DNA from: Paraspadella gotoi
Lineage: Eukaryota > Animalia > Chaetognatha
Direction of reading: 5' to 3'
DNA: 64,000 nucleotides
Assembly: GCA_051294375.1 (NCBI GenBank)
Contig: CM119267.1
Location: 1,522,268-1,586,267 of the forward strand
Below the pieces are notes generated by a model. The model did not search any database, was not told the DNA's origin, and saw only the letters and a list, made by a program, of their open reading frames with translations. The position numbers and the translations under genes were made by a program. Below, piece by piece: positions 42,605-54,378 of the stretch (positions are counted from its first letter, which is position 1; each line of letters opens with the position of its first letter).

Positions 42605-42852
42605 TCACAAATCACAGCATCCCCCAATCACAGCATCCCCCGCTCCTTTTCCCCTGACAAGCAAGACGCCCAATTGACAACTTGAGGCAGTGACCCTGAA
42701 AGGTCCTCCATTGCAGTCACATGGGTCAACCTCAATCACTTTAGTCGGGACTTGGATCGGGGCCTTGGAGCAGGTGGGTCCGAACCCATCCTTCAAACCG
42801 AGTAGGGTCAGAGCAGCAAGGAGGAGTGTTCCGGCCAAGAGCATCATGGAGC
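42605..42852 (-). CDS. Terminal exon D, distal cassette: hydrophobic segment and Cys-containing tail
   Basis: CTCAG acceptor, phase 1; GSMMLLAGTLLLAALTLLGLKDGFGPTCSKAPIQVPTKVIEVDPCDCNGGPFRVTASSCQLGVLLVRGKGAGDAVIGGCCDL*. Confidence 0.7.
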
Positions 42853-43021
42853 CTGAGAGAAACAAAATAATTTGGCTCTATTTTCTGAAAGCACTATATT
42901 TAGATTCGTAATCCCTCACCTAAATATTAGTTCTAATATCTACAGGGACTTCAATCTGGAGTGATTCGAAAAAACTTGTAATATAATCAAAATGAAAAGA
43001 AATTTTTAAGGAAGCATAGTT

Positions 43022-44693
43022 TTTAGTTGGATCAGCAGATTCCGACTTTATAATTCACTTTGTTGGTCCGTCGGTCCCACCCCAAAATAATGTCAGTAAA
43101 TCATTTTTATCATAACAGAAATTCGAATTATGATAAATTATGCAAAAAAAAGAGATTTTCATCCGTCTGTCCGTCCATCCGTCTGTCTGTCCATCCCCCC
43201 TTAGCATTAAACTCCAATTACTCGTGATTGGATGGATGGATTGGAATGAAAGTTTGTGTGTGGATAGGAAACTGTGTGATTGAGTTGGATATAAAGTTTC
43301 GATGGAATCGTGCAAGTGGAAATGAGTTTAAATGAAAAAAACAAAAAAATCTATTTCACCATTTGAACGGGGCGATTGACTTGAAATTTTGTATGTGGGT
43401 AGGAAAGTGTGTTATTAAGAGGAAAGGTCATTCAGCATAACAATACGTATTCATTGATGTGTTAGAGCTAATATATCGAGAAATACATTATAGTTATCAG
43501 TAATTACAAAAAAATAAGTTCTTATTTATATGTAAACATTCTGTTTTCAATCATTTTTTTAAAATGGGTAAATCACAAAATTGTTAAGTTAAATGGGTAA
43601 GCACATTTTTTAAAGATTTGTTTTTCAATCTGGTTGTTAAAAAATTCTAGGTAAGAAGTTAAAACACCGTATGGGGAGAATTAAACAATTAATCTAGTTA
43701 CTCTGTTGGTTTTCCAGTCATGAACAAAATATTCAGTTAAATAGATGGTAAAGAAATTCGAGCTACAATGAATCTATACTGAATTTGAAGAGTTGCAGCC
43801 TAAACGACTGCAATTGAATTAAAAATTCGATGAGCAATCTTAAAAACATTTGTAAAAATGTAATAGAGAGACATTTTGATAAACACGTTCCAGTTAGAAA
43901 GAATTCGGGGTTAAAGTTTAAAAACGTTTCATTTTCAAGGATACAAGTTGAAATTTAAAAATGTCTCTCTATTACATTTTTCTAATTCAGTAATAAAAAA
44001 TTCATAAAAAATATCAGATGGATTGGCCTTTTCGTTTGACCTGCAACTCTTCAGATAGGTTTCTTTTATTTTATATTATTATTAAAACCGATATAAAATG
44101 GGGTAGAATGCATCAAATGCTTAAAGTGAATACATTTTCGGAATCGCCAGAAGCTCAGCTTTCTGAATTTGTACTCAATTTTAGCCTATTTTGAAGTTTA
44201 ATTGAATGACCCTTTTTCTTAAGCTGAAACTCAAGTTTCGATGGAATCGTCTGAGTGGTAATGAGTTTAAATGGAAATAACAAAAAACCTGTTTCAATAA
44301 TTGATTATGCTTCTTTTTCTTTTTATATTAAATATAAATGCAAGATGTATTAATTAATCAAATAATTAATCAGTTAATAAATCAATTAATTAATAAATAA
44401 TTGATTAATCCGTCAATTAATCAATCAATTATTCAATCAATCAATTTATTTAGTTATCCAATAATTTATTATTCAATCAATCAATTTATTTATAAATTAA
44501 TTAATTATTTAATCAATCGTCGTCATTGCTTTTGTCGTGGTCAGTGACGAAACGACTTAAAAACAAACATTTCGGATCAAATTAATTAAGTTTATATAAT
44601 TTTAGTTTATATAGTTTGTATTAATTAATTAATTAATTAATTAATTACCACTAATAATCGTGGGCAGATCCGACATTGTTTGCTCAAACTTGT
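43022..44693 (+). mobile_element. Full-length HINE-like element interrupted by a TTAA MITE
   Basis: Both termini present; the central repeat is split at TTAA. Confidence 0.8.
43419..44218. mobile_element. TTAA-TSD MITE (Kolobok-like, purine termini)
   Basis: TIRs GAGGAAAGGTCATTCA / TGAATGACCCTTTTTC flanked by TTAA; inverted second copy at 56274-57218. Confidence 0.85.
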
Positions 44694-45413
44694 AACTATG
44701 AAAGTGGATCTTACTTTCAGTTCCTATTAAATCAATTAAATTTTTTTCATGCTTCGTTTGTTTAACTAATAAGATACTGTAGTAAATGTAGCATGAACCA
44801 GAATTTTAAAAAATTTAGAAAATGAATAATACTTAAAATTAATCATAGCGTTTTCCCTTTAAAATCTATTAAAAATAAAAATTTCAGCTTGGGGAAAATA
44901 ATTATGAAAAACGACTTTGTTGATAAATAATAATTATCATAGTAAATAAGTTAGGCTTTATATAAAATTTTTTTAATAATAACAAATCCCCAAAAATTGT
45001 TATTTTTATATCAGATAACTTCACAATCAGCATTAAAAATTGTTAAATTATTAAAAACTGTTTAAATTTGGATGAAAGAAATATAAAAAAAGATTCCGCC
45101 CTTGAGAGCCACTGTGATTATACTATTAGGAAGTTTGAACATTTTTTTAGTTCTACTTAAACTTCAAATAGTTTTCCAACTCAAAATATTATACAGTAAA
45201 AGAATTACGAATTTAATCAAATCTTTTCGTATCGCTCCAGATTGAGGTCCCTGTAAATTTAATATCTTAATCCAAATCCACAACCCAAACCCCATCTTCA
45301 ATTCCTAGTCCCTAACCCTAAACCCAAACCTTATTTTCTATTCTTAAATTCTAATTCCTAACACTCTGCCTTCAATCCACTCCTCTGTCATTAATCAATC
45401 TTTTTTCCCTTAA

Positions 45414-46288
45414 AGGGACCCAGTGATAAAAATGATATCATAAGCTTAAGGGTCTATCATCAAAGGAATTTGAATGGTGATAGTCATTAATTTTTCTTTG
45501 CACGGGAAAGTAGCAAAAAAATTCCTATCTCTTATTGTAGCGGAAACAAAAATTTAATAATTATGAAAAAAACATTTAGTTGACTCCACCTAAATATTTA
45601 TATAATCCATTATTTTATTTTTGCATTAGAAAGTATTTTTTACTAATTTCCAAATTTTTGTTTTTTATTATACAAAGCTACAATTTTAGGTTTAAGCCTC
45701 GATTGAACAAAGGCTTTACAAGACTAATATTTTTATATTTTTATATTTATTTAAAATCAGACAAATCAAACCTAAATTCTATTCTTACAGAAACAAAACT
45801 GTAATAATTATTAATTAATATTCATATTCATCCCTAATTGTATTATTAAACTATATTGATTCCTAATTATAACAATTAAAAATTTAGCAAAGTACAGAAT
45901 CTTTCTCTTCTTTTATATTTATATTACTTCAAAGAGTTTTATTTTTATCCAATCAACAGAATTATTTGAAAAGAAGTTTAATAAAATCAGTCGATACCTT
46001 AAATTTTGATTCATTCCTAGTTTTTTTTCTTATAAATTTTTATGATAAAAGCTGAAAATCTTTTAAAATTAGATCTTACCCTTTTTAAAAAAAAAAATTT
46101 CAAACTTGAAAAAGATTTTCTTCTTACCGATTTTTTAAAGAAAATTAAGCTCGATGATTTTATCGAATTTTTTAACTACTTTCCCAAATGATTATAAAAG
46201 AAAAAAATTATATGGTCAGAACCAGCTTAAGTTAAAGGGCCAAACGTTATGTTTTCATCTTTTTACCCCCCCTGTTCACTTGGTCCCC
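45414..46288. mobile_element. Second TTAA-TSD MITE family (Kolobok-like)
   Basis: TTAA-AGGGACCCAGTGA ... TCACTTGGTCCCC-TTAA; absent from the paralogous intron. Confidence 0.75.
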
Positions 46289-46635
46289 TTAATCCATCCC
46301 TCCGCAATTAACTTGGCTTTAAAGGCATTCGTCCAACGAGGGACTACCTCACTCTCAAAGCTCTCTTAAGGGGCAGACAACACTGCTTTGAAAAACTGCT
46401 GCCAGAATATTGTTTAAAGAGGGTGGGGAAAGATAGAGGAAGAGAAGGGGAGGGGAGGAAGAGTGGTGAGGTGACCAGGTCAGAAAACAGATTGAGAATC
46501 CGCCTTTGGGCTTTTCTTTCTTTGCTTGAGCCTCCCATCTCTTTTGCCATCCAGAAGGATGTTCCTGAAAGCACCTCGTGGAGATAGAGACGTTCTACAA
46601 GCCTCTGCCCTTAACTCCACTCCCTCTCCTCTCAC

Positions 46636-46849
46636 CATCCATTTCTGGTCCTTCTTTCGGGATTTCCTTGAGTTGACTCTTCCGCGACTCCGCCGGCGGC
46701 GGCGGCGGCGGCGGCGCAAGCGTCGGTGGCGGCTCCTTTATCGAGGCCTTCGGCGTCGGTGGCTTTGAAGGAGCTTTCTTGGAGTAAATGGAACAAATGG
46801 ACTTGGAAGGAGTTCTGGATGGTGCCTTGGTAGAAGGCTTGCTGGTTTT
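46636..46849 (-). CDS. Exon C, distal cassette (Pro/Lys/Ser-rich)
   Basis: TTCAG acceptor, G|GTGAG donor, phase 0 to 1, open: KTSKPSTKAPSRTPSKSICSIYSKK...PPPPPPPAESRKSQLKEIPKEGPEMD. Confidence 0.7.
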
Positions 46850-47312
46850 CTGAACATCGGTTGTTTGATGATATATAAATATGAGAATTTTATTTCATAT
46901 CAATAATGATACAGTAGCATACATCAACAACAAAATAAACCAAACAAATAAAAACAGAATTATGAGGTTAACGTGAAGGAAAACTAAGCTACGAGATCAT
47001 TTCTATATTTTCATAGAAAGTTAATCGTTTCTTCTAATAACTAGTAACTTGTAAAATTAACTGTAATAAATTTAAATGTAAATATTTATCAACAACAAAA
47101 AAAAAACAAAACCTAAATAAAACAAAAAACTAATTAAAACAATAAAACCAACATTATAAAATCTGAACAGATTAAATCAAAACAAAACAAATCAAATAAA
47201 AATAACATTTAAGTAAGTAAATAAAACAAATAAAAAACAAATCCAAACTAAAAAACAAAGAAAAAAAATCATAACAAATTAAAAACAAAATATCAATTAA
47301 ATAACTCCCTAC

Positions 47313-47549
47313 CGAATAAGTCGTGCAAACTTCTCCGCTAGGTTTGCTCTGTTTTGCCGAATATCTAGTGCAGAGTTCTTTCTCCGCTCCTGAGCTCTTT
47401 TTTGTACTGGATCGGCCTTTCTTAGATTGAGAGGGAGTCTCCGCCGATCCTTTGCCCTTGGTCGAGGGCTTAGGGGTAGGAGGCCTTGAGGTCTTTGAGG
47501 GCTTCGAAGGCCGTTTGGTGCTGGTCTCATCCTTGGAGTCTCTGCTTGA
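47313..47549 (-). CDS. Exon B, distal cassette (Lys/Ser-rich)
   Basis: CTACAG acceptor, GTAGGG donor, 237 bp, phase 0 to 0, open. Confidence 0.7.
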
Positions 47550-47822
47550 CTGTAGCATTGATGGAGAAAACAAAAAAAATATACTTAAAACAATTGTCTT
47601 ATTTCAGTTATTTCTATCTTTTTTAATTTAATATACATGAATACCAGAAATAGTTATGTGTTCCTCGACCAAACAGTGAGTTTATAATGACTAATTAGCT
47701 TTATATCTTATATATTTTTTCTTTCTTTATCATTGATTTAAAATTTGAGATAAAGTTTTATTTATTTTCACAACAAAGTTTTTAATGAGATAATAACAGA
47801 CGAAATTTGGTGTGATTTTGTC

Positions 47823-47856
47823 CAATGAAGGTCTGAAATTAAGACCAAAACATGTC
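47823..47856 (+). ncRNA. Degenerate minimal hammerhead motif in a Penelope-like remnant
   Basis: CAATGAA-GGTCT-GAAATTA-AGACC-AAAACATGTC; stem II intact, core mutated. Confidence 0.45.
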
Positions 47857-48349
47857 TGTGATTCTTTAATTAAAAACCTTTGTTAGGGTATTGCACAAAA
47901 ACTTTAAAAATACTAATTTTCTTCATTCGATGGTTTTAAAATTTATATTAAGCCTAACGAAGTGTACTTTAATCGTTAAATCCAAGTTTGACCTTTAAAT
48001 ATTTGATTTACGCCAACTGATTTACGTCAATTTGGAGTAACGTTTCTGCCTCCTTACTGCTGTCAAGGATATTCAACCAACATTTTTGAAACGCTTTTTT
48101 CTAATTAAGAATGCATTGTAGTATTGGATCCAGATGTGATTTCTTTTTTTTTATCTGTTTGTTGGCGCTGGTGGCGTAAAAACTACGCCAAAACGTATTA
48201 TTTCCTAATTATATATGTGGCGTTAATGATTTTTTGCCAAAAAAATTAAAAATATATAAAGTTAAATAATTGTAAATGTTTATGTTTAAATTTGGAAAAG
48301 AATTGTGGCGAAAATGGCGTGAAATGAAAGTGTTAAACGTTATATGATA

Positions 48350-48725
48350 TCATGATGTGGCGTAAAGACTTTCTGATTGTTTTCTAGTAAAAGCTATTCG
48401 GTTAAGTGGTTTTAAAGATTTATCCGGCCTCTTTTTATACAGATGTGGCGTAGAATGGCGTAAAATGAACAAAAAAGCATATAAATATTATTTACTTCTG
48501 TGGCGTAAAGACTTTTTGTTTATTTTCTAGTAAAAATTACTTGGTTAAGTTGCTTTAAATATTTTTCCGGCCTTTTTTTATGCAGGTTTGGCATAGAATG
48601 GCGTAAAATGAACAGAAAACCATTTAAATATCATTTAATTTTGTGGATAAAAACTTTTTTTTCATTTTCCAATAAAACTATTAATAAGATGCTTTGGCGT
48701 AGAATGGCGTAAATTGACGTAAAAC
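48350..48725. repeat. ~143-bp tandem subrepeats rich in TGGCGTA
   Basis: GTGGCGTAAAGACT at about 48357 and 48500, with a degenerate copy at about 48643. Confidence 0.75.
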
Positions 48726-50145
48726 TGAGCCACTTTATCCCCTCATCTCTTTCCCTTTCCTCCCTTTTCTTTTCTCTTTTATTTTTATACAATCTCCGAT
48801 TCAAAGTCGATTATTTTCTGTTTTAATTCTTTAAAATCAAAGAAAAAACGAATACCGAAAATAAATCTCAAATCATAGATAAAAAGAAACAAAGATACTA
48901 CACATAAAACCCAGTGGACCAATTTTAGTAAAAGTATCAGAAATTGTGGATCAATAATGAGCTTTTAGTTTTATGTTTGAAATTGTTAAAATAAAGACTA
49001 TAATAAAGATAATACCCATTATATAATTACAGGAATCATGTATATTAAGCAAATGAGAAATATTTGTTAGCAGAAAAAAGGCACGATAAATCTTAAGATC
49101 ATAATAAATATATTATATCAATTTCATACATATTGATGATTCATAGGCCTTAATATACAGTAGGAAACAATATATAAAATGACTATCGCCAGAACTGTTG
49201 CTGGCGCATTTTTGCGCATCATTTTTGGGAATTATCAATGATAAATACCTTGAGAGTAAATACATTTGCATCTCCTATAACCAGAGGTTTTGCGAGGAAA
49301 GCCTAGTTTTTGCGCTACAATAAAAATAAATATTGCTTTTTGTACTATTTCAATATTTTTCTTATTTAAAAGATTCTTTTTCGGTTTTTAGTTAGAGTTA
49401 TGCTTACGCTACCTATATTCAAAAAATCAAATTTTTCTTTTCAGTATTTTCCATACAGTAAATATTTCAAAAAGCCTTGTTTTTTTGTATCAAATTCCCT
49501 ATTATTTTTCGGCCGATAAAGAAATAAAAATTTCATCGAATACTGCTAATCCCTACCTTTGTTGTGAAAATAAAGAAAACTTTGTTATCTCGAGCTTTAT
49601 ATGAAATTGGTACAACCAATATAAAAATTATCCATTCATTTAATAAATAAGCTATCTTGCCCCTGACTTTGGACAGGCTTTGGTGGTTTAAGGCCTCCAT
49701 CACTCTTACAAGATAATGACATAGCAGGTCCCTGCAAGCTTTCAATCAAGACTCTCTCACAATCTCGTTTATTCACTCCCAGAGTATAATAATAAACAGC
49801 TTACAAATCTTAATTTTAGTGTTTTATTTGATATTTTCTTGTCATGAATCACCTTTGCTGAATTTGTTTTTTCATTATATTAAGATTTGTCCATGGTATA
49901 ACCTTTCTTTTCGTTGTTGTATAGAGATTTACAAAGAATTTTGAATTGTTACAACGTTAATCATAATAAAATCGTTGTAACAATTCAAAATTCTTTTTAA
50001 ATTAAGATTTGTAAACAGTAAACCGTAATTAGTATTTCTAAACTCATATGGAAAACTAATTCTCTACAAAACTATGATTATCCCAGTACAAAATCAAATA
50101 AAAATCCACATTTAGTGAAAACAAACAAAATGAAATCTTACTTTT

Positions 50146-50472
50146 GAGGCGACTTACCACCGGTCTCTCTCTCTAAACCCTTCCAATGTAGAAGACGAAA
50201 ATAGTAATAAATTAATAATAAAAGTGAGGAGAAGATGAAGAATTATGACGATGTAAGAGAAGTAGAAAAGAAGTGAGACGAGCTCTCTCCTGATCCACTT
50301 TTATCATCGCCCGGACCAACTTGACCTTATGGTCGCCTCGGCCCTATTACTGTGTCCAGTCAATCTAAGGTCATTGCCAAAGCTAGGGCAAAGTGACCGT
50401 GTGGAATAGACCGGCTCGGAGAAAGAGGAGAGAGGAAGGGTTTAGAGAGAGAGACCGGTGGTAAGTCGCCTC
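50146..50472. mobile_element. MITE with perfect ~38-bp TIRs
   Basis: GAGGCGACTTACCACCGGTCTCTCTCTCTAAACCCTTC and its reverse complement; TSD is ACTTTT (6 bp), or CTTT (4 bp) if the ends are TG..CA. Confidence 0.85.
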
Positions 50473-50521
50473 ACTTTTAAGTTTTCACTCACGCCGATCA
50501 AATCAAATTCCTCAATCTCAC

Positions 50522-50796
50522 TTCTGCTGCGTATTTTGTGCAGACTTTATCGCAGACTTTATCCACCCTTTGTCCCTTCTTGTCCGCCGCCATATCCGCC
50601 TCAGCTGCCGCTGCGCCGCTAGCCACCCGTACCGATCTATTCCCGCCAGAGGACTTGGTTGAATTTCTTGAAGAACCTTTTGCCAAACCTTTGGCCGATG
50701 CTTTGCCCACCACAGATCCTTTGGCCAATGAAGTCTTTGGCTCCGTGATGCCAACGGATTTACGGAGAGCGTCTTTGTTTTCATTGTCTTCATTGT
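50522..50796 (-). CDS. Exon A, distal cassette (Lys/Ser/Ala/Gly-rich)
   Basis: First AG after the pyrimidine tract, GTGAG donor, phase 1 to 0, open: DNEDNENKDALRKSVG...DKVCDKVCTKYAAE. Confidence 0.65.
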
Positions 50797-50987
50797 CTTT
50801 TGGTTTTTATGGTTTGGGGGAGACAGCAAGAGAGAGGGGGAGAGGGGGGAAAGAAGGAAAGGAGGAAGGAAATATAATTGTAAAAATGGGATAATGTGGA
50901 AAAGAGAAAAAAAAGATTGGTTCATCCAATGTGTTGCGCCGCAGTGACTTTATTTTCACGTATATTTTTCTGTGATCACATAAAGAC

Positions 50988-51115
50988 AAAGAACAAAAGT
51001 GATTTTGGGTCAAGGCTGAGTCACGGATTGAAAGATCGTCACACTCATTGTCTTCAGAGAAAGCAGGATTAAATAGCAGGCGATTATGAAGGAGAACACC
51101 ATGAGGCAAAGAGAG
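50988..51115 (+). pseudogene. Decayed partial copy of Ig-gene exon 41981-42146
   Basis: Aligns to about 42020-42146 but has three in-frame stops (TGA, TGA, TAG) and lacks the acceptor. Confidence 0.85.
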
Positions 51116-51271
51116 GTGAGATATTGGTGATTTAAAAGGCGATCAGGTGAAGTGTTTGTTATGTAAAAAAAGATTGCTTTCAAAGAGAAATAGTGGTGTA
51201 AAAAAATTATCATTTCAAATAAATTCAATTTCATAATGGAGAAGGCAGTGCGAGTACAATTTTTTTTTTGG

Positions 51272-51311
51272 CCAGATATTTCGACTTAATTTTCTAAGTC
51301 ATCATCAGTGG
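51272..51311 (-). ncRNA. Minimal type I hammerhead ribozyme motif
   Basis: CCA-CTGATGA-T-GACTTA-GAAAAT-TAAGTC-GAAA-TA-TC-TGG: intact core, 6-bp stem II, CCA/TGG stem I, palindromic ATAT at stem III. Confidence 0.7.
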
Positions 51312-51539
51312 TGTCAAATAACAAGAATAAAGTGAAAATACTGAAGAGAGACATAAAATTAATAACAGTAAAACATTGAGAGAGACCAAGAGAGATAGTC
51401 AGAGAGAGAGAGATTTAGCCAAAACAGTAAATGACCAAAAAATAAGAATGAACCCAGGAATAGGTGTCCCCTCCTTTACTAATCATCAAAATTATGAAAG
51501 ACCGGATTCCAAGCATCTGTTTTGACGTATGTCCCCCAG

Positions 51540-52521
51540 TAGAGTGTTGAAAAATAACAAAATATAACAAATCAAGTGAGGGAAACATAGCTATTTTAGT
51601 GTAATGTAGTCTGTAGAATTCGATGGTGATGACCATTTTTTTGTATAATTTTATCTTTCTTGTCGAAATGACGGTTTTTAATGTATATAAAATTGTTATA
51701 AAATAGCAAAACTATTATAAGTTATGATAAATCAAATATTTAAAATTTTATAAAATTTATATAAGCTTTTGAAATATAAAAATAAAAACTTATAAAAAAT
51801 ATTTTGGTAAGTTTATTTCTAAATTTTATATTTTATAAAAAGTTAGTTAACTATATTTATTAATAATTATGAGTAAAAATTGGTAAAGTTAAAAAATAAT
51901 AATTTCAAAATTTTTTTCATGGATTTGCATTCTTTGCAAAAAGTTGTTATAAAAAATATAATTTTTATATCAAAATTATGTCATTAAGTTGGTCAAAATT
52001 CAGAAAAACTATAATTTTAAGCCAAAAATTGAAAAATTAAACAAAAATAATAATTTTTAATATTTTTAACCTACTTAATGAAAGAATTTTTTAAAATGGA
52101 TTATACTTTCTTATATCAACTTTTTGAAGGAATTCAAATCCGGTTAAAATTATAATTTTTTTATTTTTTACTTTAGCTTATTTTTATTATTATTTATTAA
52201 TAAATATAGCTAACAAACTATTAATAAAATATAAAATTTGTAAATAAACTTACCAAAATATTTATATTGGTCTTTATTTTCATATTATGTAAGTTGAATA
52301 TGGCTTTTATAAAATCTTAATAATTTGAGTTTCTTATACTCTACAATGTTTGCTCCATTTTAATAGCACCTTATATACTACAAAAATCGCCATTTCCGAC
52401 AAAGAAGATGAGACTATACAAAAAAATGGTTATCATCATCGAATTCTACAGACTTTATTACTCTAAAATAGCTTATGTACCTCACTTGATTTGTTATATT
52501 TCATTATTTTTCAACGCCCTA
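51540..52521. mobile_element. hAT-like foldback MITE nested in the Penelope-like element
   Basis: TAGAGTGTTG ... CAACGCCCTA termini, long imperfect inverted arms, 8-bp TSD TCCCCCAG/CCCCCCAG. Confidence 0.75.
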
Positions 52522-52850
52522 CCCCCCAGTCTTCATTAAGCCCTTCACCCGGTCCACTCCCATGACGTCAGATTTCAAGTGCTTCGCGAATTTTTATGTC
52601 ATAAATGAGTCTTTTCTTATTTTTTCCAGACATTTATGACTGAAACATTGGAAAAGTCGGGGGGCTGGCTACAGTATTCGTAGTGCTGAGTGATTCCATT
52701 TTATTTCTGGGTTCATTCTTCTTTTTTTTGGTCATTTACTGTTTTGGCTAAATCTCTCTGACTATCTCTCTTGGACTCTCTCAATGTATTACTGTTATTA
52801 ATTTTTTGTCTCTTTCTTCAGTATTTTCACTTTATTCTTGTTATTTGACA

Positions 52851-52890
52851 CCACTGATGATGACTTTGAAAATTAAGTCGAAATATCTGG
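52851..52890 (+). ncRNA. Minimal type I hammerhead ribozyme motif
   Basis: CCA-CTGATGA-T-GACTT-TGAAAATT-AAGTC-GAAA-TA-TC-TGG; predicted cleavage after C52887. Confidence 0.7.
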
Positions 52891-53406
52891 CAAAAAAAAA
52901 GTTTTTTTTTGTACTCGCACTGCCTTCTCCATTATGAAATTAAATTTATTCATAATAATACTTTTGGTGCATGTGATGACGTTAAAAGAATTAAATTACC
53001 ATTGCATTGTCCAAAAATTTGTTATTTTCGTAACGATGAATCAAAATTTTAAATGATAAAAATTTTTGAGAAGAATATTTATTTGAATGAAGTACAGTAG
53101 CGCCACAATGTAGTCCGACCTATGCTGTTATGTCTGGTTAAGTAAAAAAAAATAACAAAAGCTAAAACGATTCTCACATTACAATTTTTGTACTGAAGAA
53201 AAATAATTAATTAATGCAATATTACAATCTGAAATAAATCCATTTTGAATTTTTGTTTCTCTTTTCTTGTTGGAGAAAAATAAAACAAATTTTTTTGTGG
53301 GGACGGTTATTGGTTAACCTGCCTCAATTTTATTTTTTTTCCATTTATTATTATAATTTTGGAATACTGACAAAACCCGATTCACAAATCTTCATAGATC
53401 TTTCTT

Positions 53407-53630
53407 TCAAGCATCGCCCGCTCCTTTTCCCCTGATGAGCAAGGCGCCCAATTGACAACTTGAGGCAGGGACCTTAAAAGGTTGTCCATTGCAGTCGCAT
53501 GGATCAACCTTAGTGACTTTAGTTGGGAATTGGATCGGAGCCTTGGAGCAGGCGGGTCCAAATCCATCCTTTAAACCGAGGAGTGCCAGAGCAGCAAGGA
53601 GGAGGGTTCCGGCCAAAAGCATCATGGAGC
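53407..53630 (-). CDS. Terminal exon D, proximal cassette
   Basis: CTTAG acceptor, phase 1; GSMMLLAGTLLLAALALLGLKDGFGPACSKAPIQFPTKVTKVDPCDCNGQPFKVPASSCQLGALLIRGKGAGDA*. Confidence 0.7.
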
Positions 53631-54074
53631 CTAAGTGAAACAGGAAGATTTGGCTCTATTTTCTGAAAGTGACATAGATTTCAAATCTCTCAACTTAATT
53701 TTAACACTAATATCTAGATTTAATATCTTAATCCAAATCCACAACCCAAACCCCATCTTCAATTCCTAGTCCCTAACCCTAAACCCAAATCTTATTTTCT
53801 AATCTTAAACCCTAATTCCTAACACTCTGCCCTCAATCAATCCCTCTACCTTCAATCGATTCCTAAACCCTTAATCAATCCCTTCTCCCTAATTCAATTC
53901 CTCAATCCCTCTGCATTCAATCAATCTCTAAACCCTTAATCAATCTCTTGGCCCTAATTAAATTCCTCTGCCCTCAATCAATCCCTTAACCATTAATAAA
54001 TCCTTTTGCCCATAATAAATTCCTTTGCCCTTAATCAATCCCTCTGCACTTAACTTCACTCCCACTTCTCTCAC

Positions 54075-54345
54075 CGTCCATTCCTGTTCCTTCTTTCGGG
54101 ATTTTCTTGAGAGGACTCTTCCGTGGTTCCAGCGGCGCTGGCGCCAGCATCGACGGCGGCGGCGGCGGCGGCGATGCCAGCATTGGCGGCGGCGACACCA
54201 GCATTGGCGGTGGCGACGCCAGCGTCGGTTCTTTTATTGAGGCCTTCGGTGTTGGAGGCTTTGAAGGACCTTTTTTGGTATAGCAGGAGCAAATAGACTT
54301 GGAAGGAGCTCTGGATGGTGGCATGGGAGAAGGCTTGCCGGTTTT
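54075..54345 (-). CDS. Exon C, proximal cassette
   Basis: TTTCAG acceptor, G|GTGAG donor, 271 bp, phase 0 to 1, open. Confidence 0.7.
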
Positions 54346-54378
54346 CTGAAAGTATGATCATTCGATTATATTTAAATA

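Larger units (their letters stand above)
42943..45253. mobile_element. TA-TSD (Tc1/mariner-type) MITE carrying nested insertions
   Basis: TIR CAGGGAC(T/C)TCAATCTGGAG; TA on both sides; empty site ATATCTAGATTTAATATC in the paralogous intron at about 53710. Confidence 0.85.
51218..52950. mobile_element. Non-autonomous Penelope-like element with inverted ~240-bp hammerhead-bearing ends
   Basis: 51218-51457 is the reverse complement of 52707-52950; each arm has a hammerhead motif; absent from the paralogous site at about 42260. Confidence 0.7.

Noticed and set aside
45305-45335. CCTAACCCTAAACCC telomere-like tract (also about 53770)
   Set aside because: Only 2-3 imperfect units within a degenerate intronic C-rich repeat
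46344-46566. Extra exon in the distal cassette (GTSFWMAKEMGG...)
   Set aside because: The acceptor is in phase, but no phase-1 donor joins exon D and the segment is absent from the other copy; at most an alternative terminal exon
53431-53470. CTGATGAG as a hammerhead core; also CTGATGA near 15, 16698 and 57468 and CTGAGGA near 20479
   Set aside because: No proper stem II followed by GAAA-stem III-UH; two lie antisense within coding exons
53407-53630. Exon D as a KASH domain
   Set aside because: The tail is too long and lacks the terminal PPPX motif
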